A stretch of DNA of 64,000 nt from the IMG/VR virus record IMGVR_UViG_3300021387_000463, positions 267,001-331,000 of that record, one strand, 5' to 3'. The DNA comes from a virus (Duplodnaviria; Heunggongvirae; Uroviricota; Caudoviricetes). Positions within the stretch are counted from its first letter, which is position 1; each line of letters opens with the position of its first letter. A program made the translations under genes and the position numbers. Positions 9,220-18,162 of the stretch are shown here, one piece after another. The notes beneath the pieces were generated by a model that saw nothing but the letters and a program-made list of their open reading frames with translations, made no database searches and was not told the DNA's origin.

Positions 9220-9579
9220 TTAGTTAAAATTGTACTTTGACAGACTTCCATATTTACTAATTCCACCATTATACCAATCGTCTAGCAATTGGCTTATGAA
9301 GCCTTTTCTTTCTGTATCGTTTGTTATTCTATTATAAAATTCCTTATCTAGTGCATCAAGCACGTCTTGTTTCCAACATGTCATCTTGGTTGGTTGACCT
9401 TTGTCCAATTTCATGAACACACCAACAATCTTACCCTTACCATCGTCATAAGGTATTGCCTTATAGTTTGCGGTAAGGAACTGAGAACCATGATTCACAT
9501 GGTCTTCATAACATGCTTCCTTTATTAAGTTCTTCTTGAGTGTGTCTAAACCACTTTCAGATAATATGAATGTTTTCAT
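9220..9579 (-). CDS. Hypothetical late protein with capsid-targeting-like leader (start revised to MKTFILSES)
   Basis: Late motif ATATTTATA at 9605-9597; leader MKTFILSESGLDTLKKNLIKE. Confidence 0.6.
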   Translation of the reverse strand: MKTFILSESGLDTLKKNLIKEACYEDHVNHGSQFLTANYKAIPYDDGKGKIVGVFMKLDKGQPTKMTCWKQDVLDALDKEFYNRITNDTERKGFISQLLDDWYNGGISKYGSLSKYNFN

Positions 9580-9595
9580 AATAATTCTTTTATTA

Positions 9596-10168
9596 TTATA
9601 AATATTCATTAATCATCTTTTTGCTCAATGGTATGAGATAAAACACTGCTTCTGGTATCTCGAAAACGTCTACGAATCCAAGTCTTTTCCAATAACTATG
9701 CGTTTTTAAATTCCTTTCAACGCCTATCCAAATAAAGTCATAGTTGTCTCTTAAGAACTTAATGTTGAAGAACAACATTCTCTTATCGAGATTAGTTCCA
9801 CGAAGCCTTTCATCAATAATGAAAGAATGCCCATTGACTTGGGTATATCTATCCAAATATTCTGAAAGTTCTTTCTCAATAAATGAGATTGGAGAACCAA
9901 ACTTTATTGGGCACTCACAGAACATGAGTAAGCCATAAATCTCACCGCTTTCCTTGTCAACTAACTTAACTGAGTCTTCCAAAAGTGCCTTGGACTGACA
10001 AAGTTGTTGATATGCCTCTGCATCACTTGACAAATCAAATGCTTTAGCCAAAGTCTTGCAAATCTGGACTAAATCATCTATAGAGGTCTTCCTTATTTCA
10101 ACCCTTTCCAACAAGTCTTTTTTGGTTAAATTGTTATCAACCAACTTGTTGCATAAATCTATTTGCAT
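9596..10168 (-). CDS. GNAT-family acetyltransferase
   Basis: FIIDERLRGTNL (motif A), YWKRLGF (motif B). Confidence 0.7.
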   Translation of the reverse strand: MQIDLCNKLVDNNLTKKDLLERVEIRKTSIDDLVQICKTLAKAFDLSSDAEAYQQLCQSKALLEDSVKLVDKESGEIYGLLMFCECPIKFGSPISFIEKELSEYLDRYTQVNGHSFIIDERLRGTNLDKRMLFFNIKFLRDNYDFIWIGVERNLKTHSYWKRLGFVDVFEIPEAVFYLIPLSKKMINEYL

Positions 10169-10190
10169 AAACGCATACGATTTACAAGTG

Positions 10191-10222
10191 CAAAGATACT
10201 AAAAATATTTGAGAAAACCAAA
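10191..10222 (-). promoter_or_regulatory. Bacteroidota sigma-A promoter
   Basis: TTTG-N20-TATCTTTG. Confidence 0.8.
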
Positions 10223-10325
10223 TTTTTTAATATTTTTTTGCTTATTTTACAAAAAGGGGAGATTTATCAACATTTTTAACCTCCCCAATTACTTAACTAT
10301 AAAATATTTGAAAAAATTATGAGCG

Positions 10326-12839
10326 TTATCTTATTACAATGTCACCATTTTCGCAAGAAGCACTGAATGTATAGTTTGGTTTATACTCATGTTCGAGCAT
10401 CAATTCTGTGATTTTATCCTCAATATTGTTCTGGATAAGTCTTATGATTGGTCTTGCGCCAAATTCCTTTTTCTTTACAGCCTCTACATGTATATAATCT
10501 ACTACATCATCAGTATATACTATATTATATTCTATATTATTTAATCTAGTATTAAATTTATTTATCTCTAATTTAACTATATTCTTAAGATTATCATCGG
10601 ATAAACTATTAAAATATACTATTTGGTCTAATCTGTTAAGGAACTCTGGAGTAAACTTCTTCTTCAACTCCTTGTCAATGATTGACTTCTTATTTGATTC
10701 CTCACTGCTTACGAAACCAAGTCCATTACCAAGTTCAGCAGCCTTTCTAGCACCAATATTAGATGTCATAAGCACAATTACGTTCTTGAAGTTAACAACT
10801 TGTCCAGCACTATCTGTAAGTCTTCCTTCATCAAATAATTGCAAGAATATATTATAAACCTCTTGGTCTGCCTTTTCAATCTCATCAAGTAGAAGCACAC
10901 AATGTTGTTTATGCTTAATCTGCTCTGTAAGTTGTCCTCCATTCTCATAACCAATGTAACCTGGAGCAGCACCAGTCAACTTAGCAACTGAGTTCTTCTC
11001 TGAATACTCAGACATATCGATTCTGATAAGTGCCTTTTCATCACCAAAGATTTCCTCTGCAAGCTTCTTTGCAATAAGGGTCTTACCACTACCAGTTGGA
11101 CCGACCATTAGGATGTTAGCCATTGTCTTGTTTCTATCACCAAGTCCTACCTTGTTTCTCTTGATGACTCTACATACGCTGTCAACAGCCTCATCTTGTC
11201 CTACAATGCTCTGCTTCAATATCTCATCAATGTGGGCAATCTTAACCTTCTCATCTGATGATAATTTACTTACTGGAATCTTTGTTACCTCAGATACAAC
11301 ATCCGCAATATCTCCCTCTGTGATATCAATTCTAGCAAGATTGAGCTTATTAATGTCTCTCTTATAGTCTGCGAGGTCTGATGCAAGCACATTCTCTTCA
11401 ATGGTTAGTGAGTCAATCTTCTCGAAATCGCCATTGTTAAGTGCCTCGTTCTTTTCCTCTTCAATTTGTCTCATTCTCTTCTTGGTATTCTGAATCTCGA
11501 TAGGTTCTCTGTCAACAAGAGCTGTCTTTGCTCCAGCCAAGTCAATGAGGTCAAATGCAGAATCTGGCAAGCTTCTATCTGTAATGTATCTCTCAGCAAG
11601 CTTAACAGCTTTCTCAATAGCCTTGTCACTATAGTTTACATTATGATAATCCTCGTAGTATTTCTTATTCTCAGTTAAGACTTTAATTGATTCCTCAATT
11701 GATGTAGGTTCAATTACAATCTTCTGTAGTTTTCTAGAAATCTGGGCATTTGATTCAATTGTATTTCTGTATTCCTTGAAGGTTGTTGTAGCAATAACCT
11801 TAACAGTGCCCTCAGTCAATAGGTTTCCAATCATGCCACTGATGTCACCGTCCTTTTCCTTGCTAGTGCTTCTTAGAACTGTATGAATGTCATCAATGAA
11901 TAGGATATATTTCTCAGATGATTGCAAAGTGTCAATCAAGTTCTTCATACGCTCTTCAAACATTCCTCTGAAGTGTGTTCCGCTGACAAGTGCCATTGGA
12001 TTAAGCATTACAATCTCCTTGCCCTCAAGGACGGAAGGAACTTTGTTTTCCTCAATCATCTTTGCGATTCCATAGACGATGGCTGATTTACCACAACCAC
12101 CTTTACCAACTAGTACCGCATTATTCTTCTTGCGTCTTGAAAGAACTTGTATGATTTCCTCAATCTCGTCCCTTCTTCCAATAATATCGTCAATCTTACC
12201 ATTCTTGGCTAACTTATTGAGGCTAGTTGTAAACTGCTCGATTGCTGAATCAGACGAAGAATCTGTTGTAACAGTCTTTGTATTTACTTGACTCTTCAAT
12301 GGTATATCTTTCTTAGCCTTGTTTATTTTCTTAGGTCTTAGTTTAGTAGGTTTCACAACCTTTTCTTGAGTTGGTGCGCTAACGTCACACTTGTTGTATA
12401 TAAATTCATATTGGAGCATAAATCTACCAAAGATTGCTTCCTCCTTAAAGTCGTTCTCCTTATTTAATACTGCGAGTAAGACGTGCTCAGTACCAATCTG
12501 GCTGTTATTCAACTTTTCTGATTCAGTCTTAGCACAATCTAAGATTCTTACCAATTCATCATTAAATCTTACATTACCATCCTTCATTTGAGGATTGGTG
12601 TGTGAGTCTATCACCTCTACGTATACCTTCCTCAACTCATCTAGATTATTAGACATCAAACAATTATCCAAAATTAGGTTTGCATGACAGTCTCTCGTGT
12701 CTAGAATAGCAAGAATAAGGTATTCTGGTGTTAGTACATCTGTTGGAAACTCATTCAACAACACTGTTGACATGTAATCCAATACTCCATTTAATTCAAT
12801 TGTGTAATTAGTCTCGTTCTTTTTACTCATAATTTTCAA
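10326..12839 (-). CDS. clpC: ClpC-like Hsp100 AAA+ chaperone
   Basis: Clp N-domain (IGTEHVLLA), NBD1 GKGGCGKS/LFIDDIH, UVR-like coiled coil, NBD2 GPTGSGKT/LLLDEIEKA, LGF ClpP-binding loop, FGARP. Confidence 0.9.
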   Translation of the reverse strand: MKIMSKKNETNYTIELNGVLDYMSTVLLNEFPTDVLTPEYLILAILDTRDCHANLILDNCLMSNNLDELRKVYVEVIDSHTNPQMKDGNVRFNDELVRILDCAKTESEKLNNSQIGTEHVLLAVLNKENDFKEEAIFGRFMLQYEFIYNKCDVSAPTQEKVVKPTKLRPKKINKAKKDIPLKSQVNTKTVTTDSSSDSAIEQFTTSLNKLAKNGKIDDIIGRRDEIEEIIQVLSRRKKNNAVLVGKGGCGKSAIVYGIAKMIEENKVPSVLEGKEIVMLNPMALVSGTHFRGMFEERMKNLIDTLQSSEKYILFIDDIHTVLRSTSKEKDGDISGMIGNLLTEGTVKVIATTTFKEYRNTIESNAQISRKLQKIVIEPTSIEESIKVLTENKKYYEDYHNVNYSDKAIEKAVKLAERYITDRSLPDSAFDLIDLAGAKTALVDREPIEIQNTKKRMRQIEEEKNEALNNGDFEKIDSLTIEENVLASDLADYKRDINKLNLARIDITEGDIADVVSEVTKIPVSKLSSDEKVKIAHIDEILKQSIVGQDEAVDSVCRVIKRNKVGLGDRNKTMANILMVGPTGSGKTLIAKKLAEEIFGDEKALIRIDMSEYSEKNSVAKLTGAAPGYIGYENGGQLTEQIKHKQHCVLLLDEIEKADQEVYNIFLQLFDEGRLTDSAGQVVNFKNVIVLMTSNIGARKAAELGNGLGFVSSEESNKKSIIDKELKKKFTPEFLNRLDQIVYFNSLSDDNLKNIVKLEINKFNTRLNNIEYNIVYTDDVVDYIHVEAVKKKEFGARPIIRLIQNNIEDKITELMLEHEYKPNYTFSASCENGDIVIR

Positions 12840-12888
12840 TTTTATATTTAAAAAATAACAATTTATCTGGGAAATTCAAGAGCAATAA

Positions 12889-12920
12889 TTTGGAATTTTA
12901 ACATTTTTTATATATCTTTG
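12889..12920 (+). promoter_or_regulatory. Bacteroidota sigma-A promoter for the rightward early operon
   Basis: TTTG (12889-92), 20-nt spacer, TATCTTTG (12913-20); marks the divergence point. Confidence 0.8.
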
Positions 12921-12936
12921 CAAAAAATAGTTAAAT

Positions 12937-13086
12937 ATGGTAATTGAATATGCAAAGGCTTGTTTAGGGTTTAAGCCCAAGAAAAAAGACCCAATTGATA
13001 TTGCAAATGAATTTTGTGAGTGGGCTAAGAAAAATAGCCACGAACATTTAATAATAGATTTAACAAACGAAATAGGTTTTCATTAA
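12937..13086 (+). CDS. Small hypothetical protein (49 aa)
   Basis: MVIEYAKACLGFKPKKKDPIDIANEFCEWAKK...; sits between the promoter and the KTSC gene. Confidence 0.55.
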   Translation: MVIEYAKACLGFKPKKKDPIDIANEFCEWAKKNSHEHLIIDLTNEIGFH

Positions 13087-13088
13087 TT

Positions 13089-13589
13089 ATGAGTAAAATA
13101 TTTAATTTGTACACTAAAGATAGTAATGGAAACGACATTGACCGTACTTGGTATCAATCTAGTAATATTAAGTATAGCGAATGCGTTGACCACAACAATG
13201 ATTTGAAAACATTGAGGGTTGTTTTTAGTAATGGTACGCAGTATGAGTACAAAAATGTTGAAGTCGCTCATTACTTGCTTTTTAGGGATGCTGCTTCACA
13301 AGGTAAGGCTCTCAATGAGTATATCAAGCCAAAGGGTTATGAATATGAGAAACTTGAGAATGCCGACCTTGCGACTCTAGATGGTGAACTCACATTCAGA
13401 ATGGAAGATGGTATCTTTGTATTCTATGAGGGTGGTAAGCTAACAATGAAGGATAATAAGGATAATGTCATATGTGAAAGGGAAGTGAAATTGACACCAG
13501 AAGCATTTGACACGGTTTGCGCTGCTCTTGAGGCAGTTGGTAAACAACTTTACACTGAAGGAAAGGATTTTGCAGATGGAGAAGAATGA
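13089..13589 (+). CDS. KTSC domain protein
   Basis: SSNI.......L.VVF.NG.QYEY.NV....Y..F..A.SQGK.LN..IK matches KTSC. Confidence 0.8.
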   Translation: MSKIFNLYTKDSNGNDIDRTWYQSSNIKYSECVDHNNDLKTLRVVFSNGTQYEYKNVEVAHYLLFRDAASQGKALNEYIKPKGYEYEKLENADLATLDGELTFRMEDGIFVFYEGGKLTMKDNKDNVICEREVKLTPEAFDTVCAALEAVGKQLYTEGKDFADGEE

Positions 13590-13851
13590 TAGACTAACCC
13601 TATATAATGCAGCTATAGCCAAATGGGGTGTTGGGGCACAGAAGAACATGGCGTATGAGGAAATAGGAGAGTTGCTTACAGCCCTAGCGAGGGATGATAG
13701 AGGCAGGACTACTACTGAGGAACTATTAACTGAATTGGCTGATGTTACCATTATGTGTGAGCAAATAGCATATATTCTTGGTTTTGAGGATTATGAGAAA
13801 GAAATTAATAGGAAACTAATAAGACTAAGGGACGATAAACTTAAATTGTAA
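13576..13851 (+). CDS. MazG-like NTP pyrophosphohydrolase (start revised to MEKND)
   Basis: EEIGELL...ELADV dimetal motif. Confidence 0.75.
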   Translation: MEKNDRLTLYNAAIAKWGVGAQKNMAYEEIGELLTALARDDRGRTTTEELLTELADVTIMCEQIAYILGFEDYEKEINRKLIRLRDDKLKL

Positions 13852-14342
13852 TGGGTATAATAATCAGTAGTTTTATAGGCTGTGGAAGAGAATACCTTAA
13901 GAATACGCATGGTGATAAAATTAAGATATTCGATGCAGTCGAAGAAATACCATTGACTGATGTTGATGGGAAAACCAATCAAGATTTATTGGAAGAGTGC
14001 TATAATAAGGTAATGTCAATCGTTGATGAGTATGATGTTGTATTCATACCTTCAAACAAAGCCGTTAGAGACATATTCAATGACAACGGTGTTGACTATG
14101 ACATATTCTATCCGTCTGCTGATAGGAGAAAGGAATTCATTGAGAATCAAGTTAGGAAGAGAACAAAGCCGAATATCATTAGGGCACTAGATAAGAACTT
14201 TGAGAAATGGGTCGATGAAATCGATGATGATGAATCACCAAATTGCTATAAGCACAAACTTAGCAACCAAGGTGAATTCATAGGCAATGAGCCAGCAATA
14301 ATGCAATATATAAGCAGTATTAATCAAAATGAACATAACTAA
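13851..14342 (+). CDS. P-loop-like phage protein with degenerate Walker A
   Basis: IISSFIGCGRE versus the usual ISAFPGCGKS; YP...K.EF..R motif. Confidence 0.5.
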   Translation: MGIIISSFIGCGREYLKNTHGDKIKIFDAVEEIPLTDVDGKTNQDLLEECYNKVMSIVDEYDVVFIPSNKAVRDIFNDNGVDYDIFYPSADRRKEFIENQVRKRTKPNIIRALDKNFEKWVDEIDDDESPNCYKHKLSNQGEFIGNEPAIMQYISSINQNEHN

Positions 14343-14463
14343 AGAGTGGAAAAATCTTCATGAGGCTAGAACTATTATGAAGAGAATGAGAAGGGAAATG
14401 AAGGAACTAAATAAACTAATGGTAATTGCACAACAAGAGATTTGCCAACCTAAATATACTTAA
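14329..14463 (+). CDS. Small hypothetical protein (44 aa)
   Basis: MNITKEWKNLHEARTIMKRMRREMKEL...; fills the gap before thyA. Confidence 0.45.
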   Translation: MNITKEWKNLHEARTIMKRMRREMKELNKLMVIAQQEICQPKYT

Positions 14464-14465
14464 TT

Positions 14466-15710
14466 ATGACAAATTGTGATAAAGTTTACCTCGATTTATT
14501 ACGAGATATAATGGAAAATGGTGTTGAAAAGGACACTAGAGCTGGACGTGTTAAGTCCGTATTCGGAAGACAGATGAGGTTTGACCTTAAGCAAGCATTT
14601 CCTCTTCTCACAACCAAGAAGGTGTTTACTAAGGGAGTCATTCATGAGTTGCTTTGGTTCTTACAGAGACCATACAATTCTCATGGTAGTATGAACATTG
14701 AGTATCTTGTTAGAAATGGTGTTCATATTTGGGATGACGATGCTTATCGCTGGTTCAAGACAAATATTGCACCAACCTTCAATAGTAAAATGGATGGTAA
14801 TTACCAAGTAAAGGGTATATTTCCAAAAGAATATCTTGTATGTACAAGTGATGATGAGAGGGATAAACAACCAGTGTTTGAATATTGGATTGAGAATGAA
14901 CTTAGACAACACGATAACAAATGGCTTAATAACATTACAAAGGAAGAGTTCTTGGACTTAACCTTGCAGAAGGTTGAAATAAAGGGGCTATTCATGTCGA
15001 GATATAGATTTGGTGACTTGGGACCAGTTTATGGCAAACAATGGAGAGCATTCGGAAGAAACCAAAAAGACCAAATTAAGAATATTATTGATACACTGAA
15101 AAATAATCCAAATGACAGAAGGATGCTGTGTGTTGCATATAATCCAGATGAACTTGAGAATATGGCATTGCCTCCTTGTCACGTCATGTTCCAGTTCTAC
15201 ACAAGGGAATTGTCAAATAATGAGAGAATGAAAATCTTCAACAGAAGATACATGAAGGGTCAAATCCCTAAGAAATGGCATGATTGGTTCGAGGAATATT
15301 CCAAGAATACTGAGGAAGGAGCAGATGTCTCAATGCCTAGTGATGGAAGTGATTATGACTTGGCAGACATTCCTAAGTATGGTTTATCATGTATGTATAC
15401 AATGAGGTCAAATGACTGGTTTTTGGGGAGTCCTTTCAATATAGCTTCTTATGCTCTTCTTACGCATATTATTGCAAAATTAGTAAACATGGTTCCAGAT
15501 GAATTAATTGCATCAATTGGGGACTGTCATTTGTATATTGAACATTTAGAGGCAGCAAAAGAACAATTATCTAGAAAGGGTAATGACAAATTACCAAAAT
15601 TATTAATTCACGGTAATCAAAAATCAATTGAAGATTTTAATTTTGAAGATTTTGAAATAATGGGTTATGAACCAGACCCACCGATTAAAGCACCACTGTT
15701 GGTAGGATAA
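14466..15710 (+). CDS. thyA: Thymidylate synthase ThyA with in-frame insertions
   Basis: FPLLTTKKV, ELLWFL, IWD, LGPVYGKQWR, MALPPCH, RSND..LG.PFNIASY, GDCHLY. Confidence 0.95.
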   Translation: MTNCDKVYLDLLRDIMENGVEKDTRAGRVKSVFGRQMRFDLKQAFPLLTTKKVFTKGVIHELLWFLQRPYNSHGSMNIEYLVRNGVHIWDDDAYRWFKTNIAPTFNSKMDGNYQVKGIFPKEYLVCTSDDERDKQPVFEYWIENELRQHDNKWLNNITKEEFLDLTLQKVEIKGLFMSRYRFGDLGPVYGKQWRAFGRNQKDQIKNIIDTLKNNPNDRRMLCVAYNPDELENMALPPCHVMFQFYTRELSNNERMKIFNRRYMKGQIPKKWHDWFEEYSKNTEEGADVSMPSDGSDYDLADIPKYGLSCMYTMRSNDWFLGSPFNIASYALLTHIIAKLVNMVPDELIASIGDCHLYIEHLEAAKEQLSRKGNDKLPKLLIHGNQKSIEDFNFEDFEIMGYEPDPPIKAPLLVG

Positions 15711-16261
15711 TGGCTGTATCAAGATTTGTTCAGAAAAGACAAGAGGAATATAGAAAGCTATATGGAAAAGTCGAACTTAAGGTGATGCAGATAACAAAGG
15801 ACACTTTCGGAGGTGAGGTATATAAATCCACAGTGGATGAAGACAAGAAAGACCATGTTGATTTTTGGTGGGATTCACCCAAGAAAGGTAAAATAGGAAT
15901 AGATGTAAAGGGTATTAGAAAGAATGATGATGGTGAACTTGATGATACAATATTTTGGATTGAGTTTAGAAACAACCCAGGACTTCCTGGTTGGATATAT
16001 GGAAAGGAAGAATATATTGCCATAGAGAGGTTTACAGATATTGTTTACATCAAGAGGGATGTTCTTAGGAAATACGCTGAAGATAAGCTACCTAAGATGG
16101 AACCAGTTACAAAGAGACCAAGGGAATTCTTTGTGCCTTATACAAGAAGCTTTTGGGGTCACAGAGACCTTACAATGAAAGTTCCGATGTCTGACATAAT
16201 ACAATTGGTAAACGAGAAGGGAGAAGATGGAACTTCAAACGGATTTTTTGCTGTATTCTAA
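15710..16261 (+). CDS. PD-(D/E)XK-family nuclease-like protein
   Basis: HVDF...IDVKG...WIEF.N..G.PGW.YG pattern. Confidence 0.6.
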   Translation: MAVSRFVQKRQEEYRKLYGKVELKVMQITKDTFGGEVYKSTVDEDKKDHVDFWWDSPKKGKIGIDVKGIRKNDDGELDDTIFWIEFRNNPGLPGWIYGKEEYIAIERFTDIVYIKRDVLRKYAEDKLPKMEPVTKRPREFFVPYTRSFWGHRDLTMKVPMSDIIQLVNEKGEDGTSNGFFAVF

Positions 16262-16266
16262 TATTA

Positions 16267-16297
16267 AAAGGTGTTGCGAAAGTGACACCTTTTTTTA
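16267..16297 (+). terminator. Rho-independent terminator ending the early operon
   Basis: aaaaggtgt-tgcgaaagtg-acacctttt followed by a T tract. Confidence 0.8.
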
Positions 16298-16304
16298 TTG
16301 TGTA

Positions 16305-16313
16305 ATATTTATA
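16305..16313 (+). promoter_or_regulatory. Putative phage late promoter ATATTTATA (first + strand copy of about 22)
   Basis: The same motif precedes almost every structural gene: 18117, 20361, 23453, 25403, 27540, 30634, 32195, 32287, 33844, 36029, 40198, 41397, 43413, 48422, 52892, 54848, 59005, 59282, 59904; minus strand at 9605 and 32180. Confidence 0.7.
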
Positions 16314-16349
16314 GAGAAAATAACTTATAAAAAAAAAATAAAGAATAAT

Positions 16350-16697
16350 ATGAAAGCAAATATGTTAGACTACATGTACGAGGGTTATGGCTATGATATG
16401 GATAACCAACTCCTTTACACTGATGTTGAAAAGTATAACGAGGCACTTACAAGCGGTAGCAGCATGTCTACTTATGGTATGGAGACACTTGCTCATCAAG
16501 GTATCATTACACATGACCCAGCAATTCCAACCGATAAGGACAACAAGTATATTGAGGTCGCTTCATTTATCTCAGAGAGTGGTGCTAAATATACTGACCT
16601 TAGAAAGCCTCTTTGCGGATGCTGCACTAGCGGTTCAACACAGTCAAGCCCAGTTACCAATCTTGGTGAGGGTGAGGTCATAGACAACGGTGACTAA
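16350..16697 (+). CDS. Hypothetical late/virion protein (start revised to MKANML)
   Basis: ATG after the late motif; N-terminal MYEGYGY resembles the N-termini of 38440 and 36086. Confidence 0.6.
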   Translation: MKANMLDYMYEGYGYDMDNQLLYTDVEKYNEALTSGSSMSTYGMETLAHQGIITHDPAIPTDKDNKYIEVASFISESGAKYTDLRKPLCGCCTSGSTQSSPVTNLGEGEVIDNGD

Positions 16698-16716
16698 TTC
16701 TTAAATTAATGTTTCG

Positions 16717-18093
16717 ATGGGAAAGACTATTACATTCGGAGAGAATAGACTATTAACTTTAAAGGATAGAATAAATGAAATTATGGTTGGCACAACTAGT
16801 GTCAGCCATAATCTTGTTTCCCATAACATTAATGAAGCATCAGCAGAGGTTGATGAATTTGAACTTGGACAAGAAACGAATAATCCTCCAGTTGGAGGAA
16901 ACTATTGCCATGTTGAAGAGAATGTTGACCTTGAGGTAAATTCATCTGATATTGACCTTTCTTCATTTAAGAAGAGAAGCGAATTAGCTCCAATATGGTT
17001 GGATGGTGATACATTGGATTCTAGGGTTAGATTAAGACTATTGGATATTGCAGATGATTTTTGGGAGTTTGTTAATCTAACTTGGGTTGAACCAAGTGGA
17101 ATTATTTTAACAGGTTCAATCTGTAATTTCAATTGGTCTAAGTATTCTGACATTGACCTTCATTTGATTGTAGATTTCGATGAGATTGATGAGAAGACAG
17201 AGTTTGTGCGTGATTATCTCGATGCCAAGAAGAACGAATGGAATAATGAGCATAGTGAATTGACGATATTGGGATTCCCAGTTGAATTGTATGTTCAGAA
17301 TCTAGGAGAAATGCCTCAGAGTGGCGGTATATACGACCTTGAGGAAAATGATTGGGTTAAGAAACCAGATATGGGCAGCATAAAGCCAATTGGTCTTGAT
17401 AAGTTCTCAATCAAGGATAAGGCAGCAGAAATCATGACAATCATTGATGACATGTATAATGCTCTTAATGCTACAGATGATTCACATAAGATTGAGACAA
17501 TCGGTGATGATGCTCAGTACCTTTGGAAAAAGGTTAAGGCAATGCGCAAGGCAAGTCTTGAAAGCAATGGCGAGAGTGGAGCTGGAAATATCGTGTATAA
17601 GATTCTACGTAGAACACAATATCTTGATAAGTTGTTCAAGTTGTTCTCAACTGTTTATGATAGAAACAATTCAATATTTGAAGGAATTGGGAAATACAAG
17701 AATGCCATTACATTATTAAAAGAGGAATGGGTTGGTGATGGAAACAGTGAGCATAATCCTTATAAGAAACGCTGGGATGCTGAAAGAAAGGCATTGAAAG
17801 ACTTTGTTTCTAATTATGGTAAACTAATGCAGTCAAAGGAGAATGGTAAACTTTACAAGTGCTATTATGATAAGGTATTATCCCAATTAATTGGATATAA
17901 TTATTGTATATGCATACAATGGGATAATATTGAGATGAAACCTAAAAGTGTACTATATATAAGAGCATTGGATAAGTTCACACCGAATATTAAACAAGTC
18001 AATTTTGATACAAGGGGAAGAGATAATTTGGCCAACACAAGAGATGATTTTATTGTTACAGCACCACAACAATCTCAGTATCAATACCAATAA
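16717..18093 (+). CDS. Pol-beta nucleotidyltransferase, candidate internal head protein
   Basis: IILTGSICNFNWSKYSDIDLH (GS..DxD), VELYVQ; leader with INE/VEE sites. Confidence 0.75.
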   Translation: MGKTITFGENRLLTLKDRINEIMVGTTSVSHNLVSHNINEASAEVDEFELGQETNNPPVGGNYCHVEENVDLEVNSSDIDLSSFKKRSELAPIWLDGDTLDSRVRLRLLDIADDFWEFVNLTWVEPSGIILTGSICNFNWSKYSDIDLHLIVDFDEIDEKTEFVRDYLDAKKNEWNNEHSELTILGFPVELYVQNLGEMPQSGGIYDLEENDWVKKPDMGSIKPIGLDKFSIKDKAAEIMTIIDDMYNALNATDDSHKIETIGDDAQYLWKKVKAMRKASLESNGESGAGNIVYKILRRTQYLDKLFKLFSTVYDRNNSIFEGIGKYKNAITLLKEEWVGDGNSEHNPYKKRWDAERKALKDFVSNYGKLMQSKENGKLYKCYYDKVLSQLIGYNYCICIQWDNIEMKPKSVLYIRALDKFTPNIKQVNFDTRGRDNLANTRDDFIVTAPQQSQYQYQ

Positions 18094-18162
18094 TTAATAT
18101 TTTTTAATTATATGAAATATTTATATTAAAAATAAGTTTGAAAAAAATTAATATATATTAAT

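Noticed and set aside
14466-15710. Intron or intein in the enlarged thyA
   Set aside because: The extra segments are in frame and short, with no C...HN intein ends, homing endonuclease motifs or stop codons.
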